Assembly: GCA_034780895.1 (NCBI GenBank)
Contig: JAUZTB010000081.1
Coordinates: 8,566,201-8,630,200 of the forward strand
Origin: Rhynchobatus australiae
Lineage: Eukaryota
Direction of reading: 5' to 3'
Length of the DNA stretch: 64,000 nt
This document shows, in pieces, positions 21,093-35,391 of the stretch. How positions within the stretch are numbered: the first letter of the stretch is position 1; every line of letters begins with the position of its first letter. Both the position numbers and the translations under genes were made by a program. The notes beneath the pieces are model-generated. The model was not told the DNA's origin and ran no database searches. It saw only the letters and a list, made by a program, of their open reading frames with translations.

Positions 21093-24000
21093 TTTAGTGT
21101 GTTTATAAAGTCCCTTTCACAATATCAAGCGGTCCCACGACACCTTACTGCTGATGGAGTACTTCTGTGCCAGTGTATACAAGGAATTTGGCAGCCAGTT
21201 TATCCATATTCAGAGGTCACTGACCGGAGGTTACAGTTTTGAAGTATTTTGTCAAAAGAACCAGTGGGAAGATGAATAAAAATGCCGTGAATTATTATGA
21301 TTTGTAAAGCACTGCCTGAAAGGATGTCAGAAGTAGATTTAATGTTATTATTTAAAAGGGAATTAGGATGTATTATTTGAAACGTACATTTGCAGGGACT
21401 ACAGGGAAAGGATAAAAGAGAGACAAATTTTTGAGCTCTTTCAGAACATCAGCACAAGCGTGATAAGCTGATGACATCCTTCTTGTGCTACATGATTTCA
21501 CAGTCCAAACTCTTTCGTTCTCTCGGGCAGATTGTTGTGACTAGATTACTCTGGATTTGTCGGGGAAAATAACACAAATAAAACCTAGGACTGGACAGGC
21601 ATTTTAAGTTCTGTTAATAATGACAAGAATTTGTGGTTTTTACAATGCAAAATTGTGCCATATGATTCTTGAAGATGACAGCAGGTATCTAACTAAATGC
21701 CAATTTGAATGCAAATTACTTANNNNNNNNNNNNNNNNNNNAGATAAAACTCATTTAAGAAAAGTGGCAATATTGCTCTTGAAAATAACTTGTTAGAATT
21801 TGGAACGCTTCTAGTACAGCGTGGTTTACTGGTTCTAGAGAGCGAACTTAGAAATAGGAGGGAATTCATTTCTGCTTCGGTTGGATAATGACTGGAGTTC
21901 ATCTTGGTTCTCCTCTATCCATTTGTCTTCATTTCTTTGGCTTAGTAATGGTCTATCAACTTTAAATTTGAAATTCATAGCTTTTTCACTATCTACTCCA
22001 TAAGCTCCTCTAGTATCTTAAATCAATGAAATAACCCTTAATCTNNNNNNNNNNCTGTATTCAAGGAGTACAAACCTAGCCTTGGCAATTTGCTCTCGTG
22101 ATTTAACTGTCTTAGCCCCAGGATAATTCTGATGCATCTGCACTTGCAGCTCTCCAAGACCAATAAATAACCCTGTTGAAGTGTAGTTCCCAGAACTGAA
22201 TGCATTTATTCTAGTGCTTTTCACTTGAGACTTTCTGAAGTGTTTCACAGTTAGTGAAGTATGTTTGAAGTAGCCACTGAGAAATTTATGTGTGCTGATG
22301 GCAATAGCAAGGAGAAGAAGAGCTAAGAGTTCTAAAAGATCTTCCCATCTGCCCTCCTAATGCTGCCTTTTTGAAGGAGACAATAGAATTTGGGATAAAA
22401 TAGTGTTCAGGATTCCCACAATGGGAAGCAGTGCTGTAGCTCCAGTGTAATGTTTTCACAAAGGCACTGTACCATAGTGTGCGTAGTTCATTTGCAAAGC
22501 ATTGCACTTAAACTATGTATATATTGAGTCTTTAAACTGGCAGACTGGATGTTTTTTGATAATTGTTACATTGCTGCAAAACAGTACACCAAACAGGTCT
22601 CATGTCCAATCAGGGTCATACATGGATACAAAGAGAATATGCCCTTGTTTAAATATACTGCTCTCTTTTTATACATGTGACTTAATGTACATATTGAACA
22701 ACAACTATAAATCTGGTTTAGTAATCAATTAACAGAGACTTCTTGATCTTGCATGTTTGGCGTCAAATCAACTTTTGGATTGTTTGGTTCTGGAAGTGAA
22801 CTTGAACAATGTTCTGTTTCTTTGTCAGACTTACTTGGATTTTCTCTCCCAAAGTTTACACTGGATTAATTGATCTATATGCACACTTTGGGTTTTGTCC
22901 CCAATATCAACCAAATACCTGTTCCACAAACATCTGCTGTGGTTCCTATCTTCCACTTGTCCAAACTTTACTTGATACGCGGCCTAAAAGCACACATGTG
23001 CTTTCTTTGCTTGAAGCTGCATTCAGATTGATGTAATGAAATTTGTGACTTGGGTGATTCTTATCAGCTCTAGAAGCCAAATTTGCTTGAGCAAATCTTC
23101 ATTAAGAATTNNNNNNNNNNNNNNNNNNNNNNNNNNNNNNNNNNNNNNNNNNNNNNNNNNNNNNNNNNNNNNNNNNNNNNNNNNNNNNNNNNNNNNNNNN
23201 NNNNNNNNNNNNNNNNNNNNNNNNNNNNNNNNNNNNNNNNNNNNNNNNNNNNNNNNNNNNNNNNNNNNNNNNNNNNNNNNNNNNNNNNNNNNNNNNNNNN
23301 NNNNNNNNNNNNNNNNNNNNNNNNNNNNNNNNNNNNNNNNNNNNNNNNNNNNNNNNNNNNNNNNNNNNNNNNNNNNNNNNNNNNNNNNNNNNNNNNNNNN
23401 NNNNNNNNNNNNNNNNNNNNNNNNNNNNNNNNNNNNNNNNNNNNNNNNNNNNNNNNNNNNNNNNNNNNNNNNNNNNNNNNNNNNNNNNNNNNNNNNNNNN
23501 NNNNNNNNNNNNNNNNNNNNNNNNNNNNNNNNNNNNNNNNNNNNNNNNNNNNNNNNNNNNNNNNNNNNNNNNNNNNNNNNNNNNNNNNNNNNNNNNNNNN
23601 NNNNNNNNNNNNNNNNNNNNNNNNNNNNNNNNNNNNNNNNNNNNNNNNNNNNNNNNNNNNNNNNNNNNNNNNNNNNNNNNNNNNNNNNNNNNNNNNNNNN
23701 NNNNNNNNNNNNNNNNNNNNNNNNNNNNNNNNNNNNNNNNNNNNNNNNNNNNNNNNNNNNNNNNNNNNNNNNNNNNNNNNNNNNNNNNNNNNNNNNNNNN
23801 NNNNNNNNNNNTTCGTAATGTTCTTGTCTGCGATTTGCGATACAGTTGCTAAAAAAGTGCTTATCAATTCAATTTAACATGTAGATCCCATGTTCATGCA
23901 GTATCAGAGATCTCACACAGTAATTGCACCCACAGTGTTGTTTTGCGTGGAACTCCAGTGGTCAGTTGTGTAGTCATATTGCAATGGAATAGTTGCCTGT

Positions 24001-24389
24001 TTTTAATGTCGTCATCATAGGGTTCACTGATTTGGAATCTAAGGCTATGGACCAAGTGCTGGTAAATGGGATTAATGTAGATGGGTACTTGATGGTCAGA
24101 ATAGACAGAGTGACCAAAGATCCTGTTTCTGTGCTTTATGACTCTCTGACCAATGCTGCTGGAACTGACTTTTTAATGTTAGTAAGATAAAGTAGCTGCC
24201 TTTTAAAAACAGCTGTAAAATCAATTTCAAATATTTTTCTGAGTGTTAATTGTACCCTCTCAATGACAGCACAAAAAGCAAAAGTCATGGGTTTCTCTCA
24301 TCACTGTCTATTACATGACTTCTTACTGTACTGACACCATCACGTGCCAACTTGTGCACAGTGTAATGAAGGAGAACTTTACTTGTTAA

Positions 24390-25060
24390 TCTTCGTTAAA
24401 TGCACATTGTTGTTCCTTGCTTCATCTCCATCTCGCATCCTTCAACAAGCGATGCAATGGCTGAGTGTTTTTGCAAGATCTAGAATGAAGCGTCCGTAAT
24501 TCTGCACTATCCTTAGGAATGGCCATGGCTCTGCTATATTTTCAAGTTTTTCCACATTGATAATGGCATCTCATTTTTCCTTCACCTTTGGTATCAGCCT
24601 TCAAATCAAGGTACACTGCTTCCCACTGTAAACGTGTATATTCTCTTCTCTTCAACATCACATTGTTCTCACATAATCTCACTTCCTCCAAAGTCAGGTT
24701 TTCTTCTGTGCTCAAGGTAGTTAACAGATCATCTTGGTTGCACAGGCAATGATCTCGTCACAAATGTTTATCCATTGTGACTCTTGGATGAGGGTTAGAT
24801 TCTAAAGGGTGACTTTGCAGAATCTCACCAGTGTAGACTTGTAGTGCAGGGGTACTCTCCATGGTATCTGGGTAAACAGTCTGTGGCATTATCAATTTGC
24901 ATGTCAATGATCTGGTCCTTAATCAACATCTTTACCCAATATATCTACTTTGTTGCCGCTTGTGACCGAGATGATGTCAACTGAATGAGCTTCCAAACTC
25001 TGAAGTCCTCCTTTCTGTGGTTATTTCCAATTGGCACTGAAATGGCTTTTGTTGCTTGTG
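24390..25060 (-). mobile_element. Decayed Ty3/Gypsy pol (reverse transcriptase) fragment
   Basis: Minus-strand peptide remnants in the expected order: SVPI..RKEDFRV, QDDLL (YxDD-like, about 24725-24737), FLRIVQNYGRFILDL, TQPLHRLLK; many frameshifts. Confidence 0.65.
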
Positions 25061-26076
25061 TTAGTGTTGGATCAGCAGGCTGCTGAAGTGTGATCTTCCG
25101 TTTGGGAATGGAAACATTTGGCTGTTTTAAATTGACAGCACTGCAGCGGAGTGGGTGTTTTGGGGGGGGTGGGGTGGGTAGGCAAAGCGATCCAGCAGCT
25201 AGTGAAGCTATCTTATAGCTCCAGCAATGTAGTCTTGATTCTGATTTCTTGCTGCCTATATGGAGTTTCTGACTATATGGGATCTTCCCCCCCCTCCCAT
25301 CCTCAGGTGCTCCAGTTTCCTCCCTGGCATGGTAGGATGGTAGGTAAATTAGGGACAGAGTGTTAATGGGCACATGTGAGAGAATAGGCTACATGGAAGG
25401 AAGTAGGATATGGTTGCTCTGAGTCAGCATTGACTCAATGGGCTGAATGGTCTCCTTCTCTGTCATAATGAGCCATGAGCAAACTAAAATATCATTTCTT
25501 ACATTATTATGTTTAGTCTCATTCTCTCTGAGACTTGGGCTACTCTCTTTTAATATTTGCAGAAGCTTTTAATTTCTGCTTTTATATTTTTTTGTTACCT
25601 ATTTCTTCCTTTTTTAGTCACCCTTTGCTGGCTTCTATGTTTTCTCTGTTCTTTGGCTACCAGTGATCTTTACACCATGATATGCCTTTTCTTTCAGTTT
25701 GATCCTGTACTTATCTTCCTTATGATGGATCACTTTTCTCTTACTGCCTATATTTCTCCATGGATTATATCTTTGTTAAAAATTACAAATCTTCACCTTA
25801 AATATCTCCCGCCTCTTATTCTAGTTTCTCTTCCCAATCCACATTAGCAACTCTACATTTATACCTTACTTATTAAGACACTAGTTTGAGACCCTTGTCT
25901 CTGACCCCGCTTCCTCAGAGGTTCCTGTTCTGTGAGATCCTGTCAGCCTTACACATGACCATGTCTAAAACAGCCTGCTCAATGCTGGGTTCTATAATGT
26001 TATTTTAAGAAGAGTAGTAGAATTATCTTCAGTGCCCTGACCAACATTTATCTCTCAAACAACATAAATAAACAGA

Positions 26077-26675
26077 TGGAGACACAAGAGACCACAGATT
26101 CTGGAATCTGGGGCAAGAAAATGTTGCTGAAGGACTCGGCCGGTCGAGCAGCGTCTGTGGAAGGGATGGTTGATGTTTTGGGTCGATACCCTGCTTCAGG
26201 TCTGAGAGTGTCGAGGGGAGATAGCCAGTGTCGAGGGGTGAGGGGGAGGGGTGAGGCAGGAGCTTGCATGTGATAGGTGGAACCAGGTGAGGAGGGGGCT
26301 GATGGACAGATGGAGTCAGCTGGAGGAGGAAAGGGTGGAGGTAGAATCAGAGCAACCCACAAAATATGCTGGATCAGTTGGAAATTTGGGCGAAGAAATG
26401 GCAGATGAAGTTTAATCTACTCAGAGGCTGGAAGGTGATTAATTGGAGATAGAAAAGGGCTATGAATGTTGGAATCTGATGAGAGAGGAAGGTGGAACCA
26501 GATAAGGGAGGGATGGTGGGACAGATGGAACAAATTGTGGAGGGGATAGGAGACCCAGTGGGTTAAGGGTGTTGGGTGATGGGCAGATGAAACCAGGTGG
26601 GGGAGGGGTTAATGGTGGGTAGGAGAGTGGTGGGGTGTTGCGAAACTGGGTGGATCAGAAGGGGGTGGGGTTACN
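26077..26675 (-). mobile_element. Penelope-like element terminal region
   Basis: gacacaagagaccacagattctggaatctgg...gtcgagcagcgtctgtgga followed by a G-rich tract; family shared with the 33 kb palindrome. Confidence 0.6.
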
Positions 26676-28799
26676 NNNNNNNNNNNNNNNNNNNNNNNNN
26701 NNNNNNNNNNNNNNNNNNNNNNNNNNNNNNNNNNNNNNNNNNNNNNNNNNNNNNNNNNNNNNNNNNNNNNNNNNAGGCTACAGGGAAGTAGGTGTTGGAG
26801 GGTGGGACTGACTGGATGGGCCGAATCCCCTCTTATGCGAATGATCACTGTAACTATAGCAACATACTTGAGACACAAGTTTAGTAGTCTTGGACCTTGC
26901 TGAAGCTCTGTGACAGAATCCGATGTAGCAAATTTAATTCTGAGGCATTCTTGGGTGCCATTTCTATGAACCCACCATTTTTGCATAAAGTTCAAATGTC
27001 AGGTTTTGCATGCTCAATGGCATTGGCTGAATCTGTTCATCTACCAGTTCATAAACAGATCTATTGTATAAAGCACAATCTAAAAAGCTTCCAAAGATGC
27101 AGTGTTGTGTAATTGTCTCACTCTGCTTCTGGCTGCTTGTCCCAGATTTATAGCCTTCAGTTCTTTTCTAACAGCTTCCAGTTTCTGTACAATATCATTA
27201 AACAGAGCATCTTTTGCCTTGCGTGGAGTGAGAAGATATGTCAGCATGCCATGTGCTTCTGGCATAAAACTCAAGGAATATGTATCGGGCTTGCATCTAA
27301 CATTAGGATTAGGGTTAGAGAGATGGACAGCAGGACTGCAAGGATTCCTTGAGATCTTGCCTCCTCCTCAATACTTTTATAGTACAGTGCTCTGTTAATA
27401 CCATCTCCTTCAGCCTTAACATGCTTTTCATTCAATATGAGCTGCATGATTCTTGAGCTCGGCTCCTAATACAGCCAGTAGGGGCAGCAATAACCTATTC
27501 AACAATGACACAACTAATCCTGATGCATTTACAGGAATATAAATGGGACGTTGGGATAGCTGTAATAGTTGGCACTGACTTGGTGGGCCAACCGGCCTAC
27601 ATTGTAGGGAAACATGAGGAATTATGTGAAACTCCAGTAATAAAACAGTGCTGCTGTCCCTTGTCATTCTGATTCCCTCTACTGCGTACTCTTATACACA
27701 CAGAGGTCTTAGTCAAATGAGATTTCATGTGAGTGCTCAAACGATCAGTTTTGGTACTACAAGCTCAACTAAACCTTGCCAAACAAGTCATAAATGTCTT
27801 TAACAATCCTGAAGAAAGCTACCATATTCATCTCTAATGTGTTCTGCCTTCACAAGTGTATTGCTGCCATATAGAAGTACCAGAGGCTAATCTTGTGTCT
27901 TTAAACTGGCGACCTCAATACAGATGACCCCACATTATGGCCGTTTGCGTAATGGAAATTCGCTCTTACAGAATTCGCATCACTACCCAAAGATTTGAGA
28001 TACTGAATAAAATTTGCTGCCACAAAACTTGTGGGGAAAAAAAAGTTAATAAATACAAAATTTATATTTTTCAACTTGCATCTCTTGACGCATGGCTTGT
28101 CTTCCAGAACATCACTATACTCACTGTTTTCTAGGAATGCAGCACCCCCGCTCTTCCACCTCCCTCCACCCCATAATGAGGTGGGACTTGCCTGTATCTG
28201 TGACAGTGTTGCATTGCTGCAAAGCAAATACACTGCTTGGATCNNNNNNNNNNTGAGGATGGAAATATGAAAAGGCACATGGTTGTAGAGAATAGGATGT
28301 CCATGTTTAACGGTGCGGAACAGCCTATGAAACATATCAGTCCCTTTTGCCACCTCCCTGTTCTTTGGGACAAGGTCCTGTCTTAGTTTCATACAGAATA
28401 TTTTATTACCTATTTTTCCTGTTTGTGAAGCTATTGTGAAATATTGTTTTATACTCCTAATTCCATTTACTTAGAGGTATTAACAAACATCCCCATGTAC
28501 ACCTTTTGTTCAGATGTGGCGATATATGACCTTGTTGCTATGTGGCTGTATTGAAGGAAGTTATAAGATATTCCTTTCTGTTAATATTAGTTTTAGCAGC
28601 TAGAAGCAGTGAAAACATCTGGTTAAACAGTTTTTTTAAATCAATGATGCATGAAAACACTTCTCCCAAGCCCAAGAAATGGATTCAATACTTGCATATT
28701 GAGGATTTTTTTCTCTTTCCCAGAATGTTTACAGTTCATTGAATTTTCATATCAAATTAATTCATGATTTCACTATTTATCCACTATTTTTCTCATCTT

Positions 28800-29690
28800 T
28801 TAAGATGTAGGATATAGAAGCTGATGTAAGCCTACATGCCTTCTTTGCCGTTCAGCAAAGTCTTGAACATTTCTGGCCTAACAAACATATTCCTTGAATG
28901 TTCAAAAATCTATCAATTATCAATATCATTTTTGAATATTCTCAAGGACTAAAGCCCGCTGAAAAAGAGAATTCCCAAGATTTACAAACCTCTGAGGAAA
29001 TTTCTTCTCATTTATCCTGAATTTGACACCCCTCCCCTCATTCTTGACTCTCCAGTGACGTGCAACAGTCTCTTGGCACCTACGCTATCTCTCTCTCAGA
29101 TAGTCTTGTACATTTCTTTTCCAAACCTCATTAGATATGAGCCAGTTTTCCTCGATGTTTCATCACAAGGAAATCCTCTCATCCTGAGAATGAAGTGAAT
29201 CTGTACTGCACCTCCTCTAAGACAAGTATATCTTGGGTGTGGAGCCCAAAACTGTACATCTTGCTCAGCAAGACCTCCTCCCTTTTGTACTCTTATCAGT
29301 GTTACTGATTTGGGGATAACATTAACCTAAGTTGCTGAGCAGAACTCTCACGGGATCAGGTGGTATAACATTTTTATGCCTGTTCTCCAGTGCATATAAT
29401 AGGACGTGAAATAAAAGAAAACACGAGCCGGAGTAGATCATCGGATCCCTCAAGCCGACCCTGTCGCTCAATATGATCATGGCTGATCTATGTTGGCTTC
29501 AACTCCTCTTCTTTACCAGTTCCCTGTAGCCCTCAATTCCTTGATCTTTTGAATATGATCTTGTCTCTGCCACCCTCTGGGCCAGAGAGTCCCTATCCTC
29601 TGAGCGAAGAAATTTCCACGCACCTCAGTTTTAAATGCCCGGCCCCTTATCTGGTAACCGTGTCTCCTTGTTCATCACTCTACCCTGTAA
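28800..29690 (-). mobile_element. Two decayed CR1 LINE 3' fragments
   Basis: agaattcccaagatttacaaacctctgaggaaatttcttctc and ggagtagatcatcggatccctcaagcc...atgatcatggctgatct are antisense CR1 3'-end motifs. Confidence 0.65.
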
Positions 29691-30446
29691 AACCAGCTCA
29701 GGGGGTCTCCCGACAGATGGTTAAGTTAAGATTATCCTCTCCGAATCCTGTACTCAGNNNNNNNNNNNNNNNNNNNNNNNCGAATCCTGTACTCAGACAT
29801 GATCTTGTGTCACCATTGCAGCCACTAAAAAGTTAATGTCAAATATGGATAATCAATATATTAAAAATATTAAAAGCTTATGACTATTTTGCTTTGTTGA
29901 CCTCTGCTTATATATAGAATCAGAAGGGTTTGGCATAAATCTTGTTTGTGCAGAGCTTCATCTCGTGAAAGAAAACATCTCTATTACCTCCTGATCCACA
30001 GTCCTCCCCAGCCCTGTGTCAAATTAACTGCTGGTATTTTTAAAAGCTCTGCAGACCAAGAACTGATCCTTATCTTTACACAGTGTGTGAACTGTCAAAT
30101 ATCTGAAACCACATCTCATTATTTTTTTTCACACAAAAGTCTTTCAAAATGATTTGAGTGATTGCAGGAAGAGGGCAGGGATTAATTGGAAGGGGCTAGA
30201 ACTCCTTTTGTGCTATGTGATACTGATGCATGTTAGATTTGGTTCTTCAATCAGAATTGATGCAGAACAGTGCATTTTGCACAAATTGATGAGTATCCAT
30301 TGAGTGAAGTGCAGAGATAGGATTGTTGCCAAGAATAATACATATACATCTGTGTAAGGCACTCACTTGCCTGCTTTGGTCCAGCATCTGAAGCTGTTCA
30401 CTTAATTAGATGTCAACCATGGGTCATTCATAGATCTTCTGCCTTG

Positions 30447-30780
30447 AGGGCAACGCAGTGGCACAGCTAGTAGAGCCGCTGCCTCACAGTGCCTGAGACC
30501 TGAGCTCAATCCTGAAATTGGGTGCTGTTCTGTGTGGAGTTTGCATGTTCTTCATTTGACTCTGTGTGGGTTTTCTCTGGTTTCCTCGCACATCCCAAAG
30601 GCATGCGGGTTTGTAGGTTAATTGGCCACTGGAATTTGCTCCAAGTGTGAAGGTGAGTGTTAGAATGTAATGAGAATTGATGAGAATGTGGGAAGAATTA
30701 AAGAAAAATGTTTAATGTAGGATTGGTGTAAATGGGAGATTGATGATCAACACCAACTCAGTGGATCTGTCTCTCTGTGA
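30447..30780 (+). mobile_element. HE1-like V-SINE
   Basis: gggcaacgcagtggcacagctagtagagccgctgcctcacag...tggagtttgcatgttct...catcccaaag. Confidence 0.88.
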
Positions 30781-33061
30781 TTCAAGGTGTGAGGTTTGAA
30801 CCCAGCTTGAGACATGAGTACAAATGGAGTTTGACACACCCCATTGTCATTGTGAAGGAGCAAGCCCTCGTGCAGAAACTTTAACTAACAGCTTCTGAAG
30901 ATAAATGTGCATTTCTTCCCTTGTTTCACTATCCATCATTGTTTCAGTATTTTTTTCAAAGTACTCGAGGAGGTTATGCTCTTCCTTTGCTGTGGGGGAT
31001 TGGGTTTGGGGGAGTTGCTTCTCCCTAATGTACTGCTTTGTATTATTTGCAGAATTAAGCTCAAGTGTGTCAATATACAAGATAGTGTGCAAACTGGAGA
31101 TTAAGTGTGTCATACACTCTGGTAATGTGTATGATTATAGTGAGTATTAGATTGTACTTGAGATGGTCGAGTATATTCATGAGTTAAGAGCAAAGTATAA
31201 TGGATAACCATGNNNNNNNNNNNNNNNNNNNNNNNNNNNNNNNNNNNNNNNNNNNNNNNNNNNNNNNNNNNNNNNNNNNNNNNNNNNNNNNNNNNNNNNN
31301 NNNNNNNNNNNNNNNNNNNNNNNNNNNNNNNNNNNNNNNNNNNNNNNNNNNNNNNNNNNNNNNNNNNNNNNNNNNNNNNNNNNNNNNNNNNNNNNNNNNN
31401 NNNNNNNNNNNNNNNNNNNNNNNNNNNNNNNNNNNNNNNNNNNNNNNNNNNNNNNNNNNNNNNNNNNNNNNNNNNNNNNNNNNNNNNNNNNNNNNNNNNN
31501 NNNNNNNNNNNNNNNNNNNNNNNNNNNNNNNNNNNNNNNNNNCCTGGAAATATCAACTTAACACTATTGTGGGAGTGTCTTCACCACACAGATTACAGTT
31601 CAAGGAGGCTGATCACCACATGCTCATGCAGTTAGAAATGGATATTAACCGCTGCCCTTGTTACAAGTGGCCACATTCCAAAAATGAGTAAAAGATTCAG
31701 CTGCCTTACTGGTTTGCATCTAAAGTTAGAGAAGCTGATGTCACATTTCAAATTATGTTCTTGTTCAGTTAATCACTACCAGTATGATTTTCAACATTGC
31801 AGTTCTGTTGAGATCTAGTGGTTGCAGGCTCACCATTATTGACATTGGGGCTCTGAACTTGATTCTCATTATCTCCACTGGTATAATGGGAATTGAACAT
31901 AAGACTCATCTTTATTTCAGGCTTCTGCATGTTGTCCAATAACATAACATATAGGATTACAGTGATTATTATGATATTGGCAAAATATTAGGTAAACACT
32001 TACTATGTTTGATAAATTACCAAAAAATCATCTTTATCATGGCTTTGTTCAAATGCTATCTAATTTTCTTCTGAATCACTTATAAACTATTAAGAATTTG
32101 TCTTTTAATATTTTTTCTGTGATCATGCAAATAATTTTTCTCCTGGAACCTTGTGTACCCTTTCACTGATACATATGCAATCTTGGGTTCACTCATCTTG
32201 GCCTTTAAAAGTCTGTTTCACCACAGTGGTGAAATTTAGTGAATGGAAGTATAAAAATCTTGTAAAGCAAAATTTCTTCACGTCAGGGAGACCAGAACTC
32301 CAAGGTAATCACGAATAGGAAATTCAGGAAAACCTTTACCCAGAGAGTGGTGAGAACGTGAAACTGTCTACCACAAGAAGCAGTCAGAATGAATATATGT
32401 CTTTAAGGAGGAGAAAGGAATGGAAGGTTATATTGAAAAGGTAACTGGCGAAGATTGAAGGAGGCTCAATATGAGCCATAAAGAGCATCAAGCATTTGTA
32501 CAATAATTTCTTTCACAAGTTCAAACATCATCTTCTACCACTTTTTCCTTGGTCCATTTCAGATTATATTCTTTCTTTTACTGTTGTCCAAATTAAACCA
32601 TATATCTCCAAGTTCTCTTCTAAAAGATTATTTTCCTCCTTTTTGCCAGAGATCTTTTGCTCTTAACCCTCTGAATATTTCTTAAGTAGGCATCTCTTGC
32701 ATTCCCAGAGAGAAAAGGAAAGGAAGATACCCAAATGATTATTTTCTCGGTGTGTCTGTTCAAAGTCTACCTAATTTCCTTACAAATCACTTATAAAATA
32801 TTATTAAGCAGTTCATCTTTTAATTGCTTCCTTGATAATGTTCATTGTGTCTTTTAGATGATTTGTGCTGTGGCTATTTTGTGGCTCTTTTGAAAGGGGT
32901 TACAGATAAAAGTAATATTAATTCCAGGGAAGTGGGCACTGATGACAAGGATACTATTCAAAGCTTTATGTCCACTGGCCCAACCAAATACTTCACTGAC
33001 CAAATATTTCTGTGAGCAGTTACGAATGAATCATTTTGAGATGGGAATGCAGTAGTGTTTT

Positions 33062-33300
33062 TAAAAAAAAACGAGCTGCTTGAGGAACACAATGGGTCAG
33101 GCAGCATCTGTGGAGGGAAATGGACAGTTGACATTTCCGGTTGAAACCCTTCATCTGGACCAATAAAAGTTCAGATGAAGGGTCTTGACCCGAAACATTG
33201 ACTGTCCATTTCCCTCCTCAGGTGCTGCCTGACCTGCTGAGTTCCTTCAGCAGTTTGTTTTTTTTTCGCTCTGGATTTCAGCATCTGCAGCCTCTTGCGT
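33062..33300. mobile_element. Palindromic pair of Penelope-type terminal repeats (85-bp arms, 8-bp loop)
   Basis: 33076-33160 is the imperfect reverse complement of 33169-33253. Confidence 0.8.
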
Positions 33301-33919
33301 CTCTTTCCACAATGCTTGACTCGCTAAGTTCTTCCAGAATTTCTCTTTTCATTTTGGAACAAGACTGCAAATTTCTTTCCCATAAGCACATTAATGAACC
33401 AGTTGGATTTCTGTAATCATTTACCAGCTTCTTGCTCACCTTAAATAAAAACTGTGTGTCAGTTAGATTTTCAAAAGCTGAATTCAAAATCTCAAATTCC
33501 CCTGCTGGGAGTTGAGCTCGTGCCCCTAATTTTTTTTATATTTCTGGATAACTAGCCCACTAATTTAACCACCACATTCCCTTACTTCATTTCTGCAAGC
33601 TTCTTTTTTCCTTTTTTTATGTATTGAAAATAACCATCTGGACATATTGAAGCAAAAAGTATATCCTTTGGACATCAAAGCAAGTATACAAATGGTTTGC
33701 AATAACCANNNNNNNNNNNNNNNNAATAACCAGGAGAATAAAATATTCTGTATGCTTTAAGGGATATCAAACACTGGAACCGAGAAATTGGATCCATTAT
33801 CACCTACTTCTCATGCACAAATCGTACATAAAAGCAATTTTACCCGGTTCAAGTCCAGCCCTGGATTACTTCTTTATGAAATTGCTCTCTTCAAGAAATT
33901 CCATGTGCAAATTGCCTTA

Positions 33920-34410
33920 GCACGTCTGATGATTCTCTGATCTGATTAGTTGATTGTCATATCCATCACCATGCCATGAAATTCCTTGTTTGCATGAAGC
34001 TCACTGAGTAAACAGTATAAATGTAATAATAAACACAGCAATAACTACAGTGAGCCTAAAACTGCAGAACGGTGCAAAGATTGAAGAGCAATCTGAAGTA
34101 GTGCAAAAACAAATATTGCAGTGACAATAGTGGAATAACTGAGAGAGGTAGAGCTAAGAGTCTGAGAATGTGGTAGCACCACCCGGAAGGAATTGTGAAA
34201 GGTTGATTCACTCAGGAGTCTGATGACAGTGGGGAAGAAGCTGTTCTTAAGTCTGGATGCCCAGGTTTTCGAGCTCCTGCATCTTCCTGGAGGTAGAAGA
34301 AAGGAAATGGGAACGACCAGGGTGGCAGGCATCCTTGACGCTACTACTCGCCTTCCTGAAGCAACGCACTGTGAAGATGGACTGGGCTGTGTTTACCACT
34401 CTCTGCTGTG
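33920..34410 (-). mobile_element. Rex1/Babar-like LINE 3' end
   Basis: Minus ORF 34045-34332 contains LLPPGRCRSSKTWASRLKNSFFPTVIRLLS, typical of the Rex/Babar ORF C-terminus. Confidence 0.75.
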
Positions 34411-35149
34411 GGGCACCTAACGACATTGAACATTGTGCATCTCACATGTCCTCCTTTACTGACAGTACTTGGAGCTTTGGGTGCAAGCTGCCACCTCCAT
34501 TAAATCTCACAACTTGGACCACATCATACAAAGAGGTCAGTTGATAGGTCTGCATTATGCATCGCACACAGCATCAACCAGACTCAGTTATCAATTCTCT
34601 GGACATTTGACATCCCATCAGTAATCGCAGCCTTTTTATACAAATCACATCAGACCTGTTATCTCCACCCACTGACCATCCCACACTCATAACACTGCAT
34701 GAGACCACTTGCAGCATGGGAGTCAATCAGTGCTGACCATTCTCCAGAAATTGATGCCCACGCATTCAGGAGATTGACAGCTCCCTCTCCCCTGCATTTC
34801 CTTCACCTCCACGGCAGCCTTTTACACAGCTTTTCTGGGACCAGTCTGGGGATAGTTCCTTTAAGTTCTGACACCCATCTGAGCGATCAGTCTGGAATGA
34901 TGTAGGAGCTGCAAGATATACAACCCCCAAACGCTTAGTTCCCCATTTTATGGTTCTCTGCGCAAACTGCAATTAATATTTCCTCTGTATTTTTAGCCAA
35001 TTTCATTTTGCAGGGAGGGAATCCAATTGCATGTTAGTGTTAGATGCAGCACAAGACTAATGCAACAAACATAGGGTAAAATCCAATTTTTAAGTATGAG
35101 TATATTGCAGGAAATTTGACTGAGCCCATTGCTGACAATGTTAGTTCTC

Positions 35150-35391
35150 ATAAATTACTGGGAATATCAGATCAGATAAAATTATGGGGAACAGTGGACC
35201 TGGTATGTATTGCAGTCATTGTCTAACAGATCCTGTATCTTTTAGGGGATATCAGACCCTGTTTATATATTGGGGTACAGTGGATTCATTATAAATTATA
35301 GGAATATCAGACCCTCTATGTTTGCAGTCATTATCAGACTTTGTTTATATTTGGGAATTGTCAGATGTTGTAACATAATAGGGAATATCAG
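35150..35391 (+). repeat. Degenerate minisatellite (gggaatatcagaccctgtttatat-like) running into a gap
   Basis: gggaatatcaga / ggggatatcagaccct / ggaatatcagaccct recur several times. Confidence 0.7.

Noticed and set aside
23036-23877. Longest ORFs in the track (also at about 13.8, 31.2, 35.3 and 48.6 kb)
   Set aside because: Consist mostly of translated N gaps
27303-27320. Telomere-like ttaggattagggttagag
   Set aside because: Only one perfect TTAGGG; chance level
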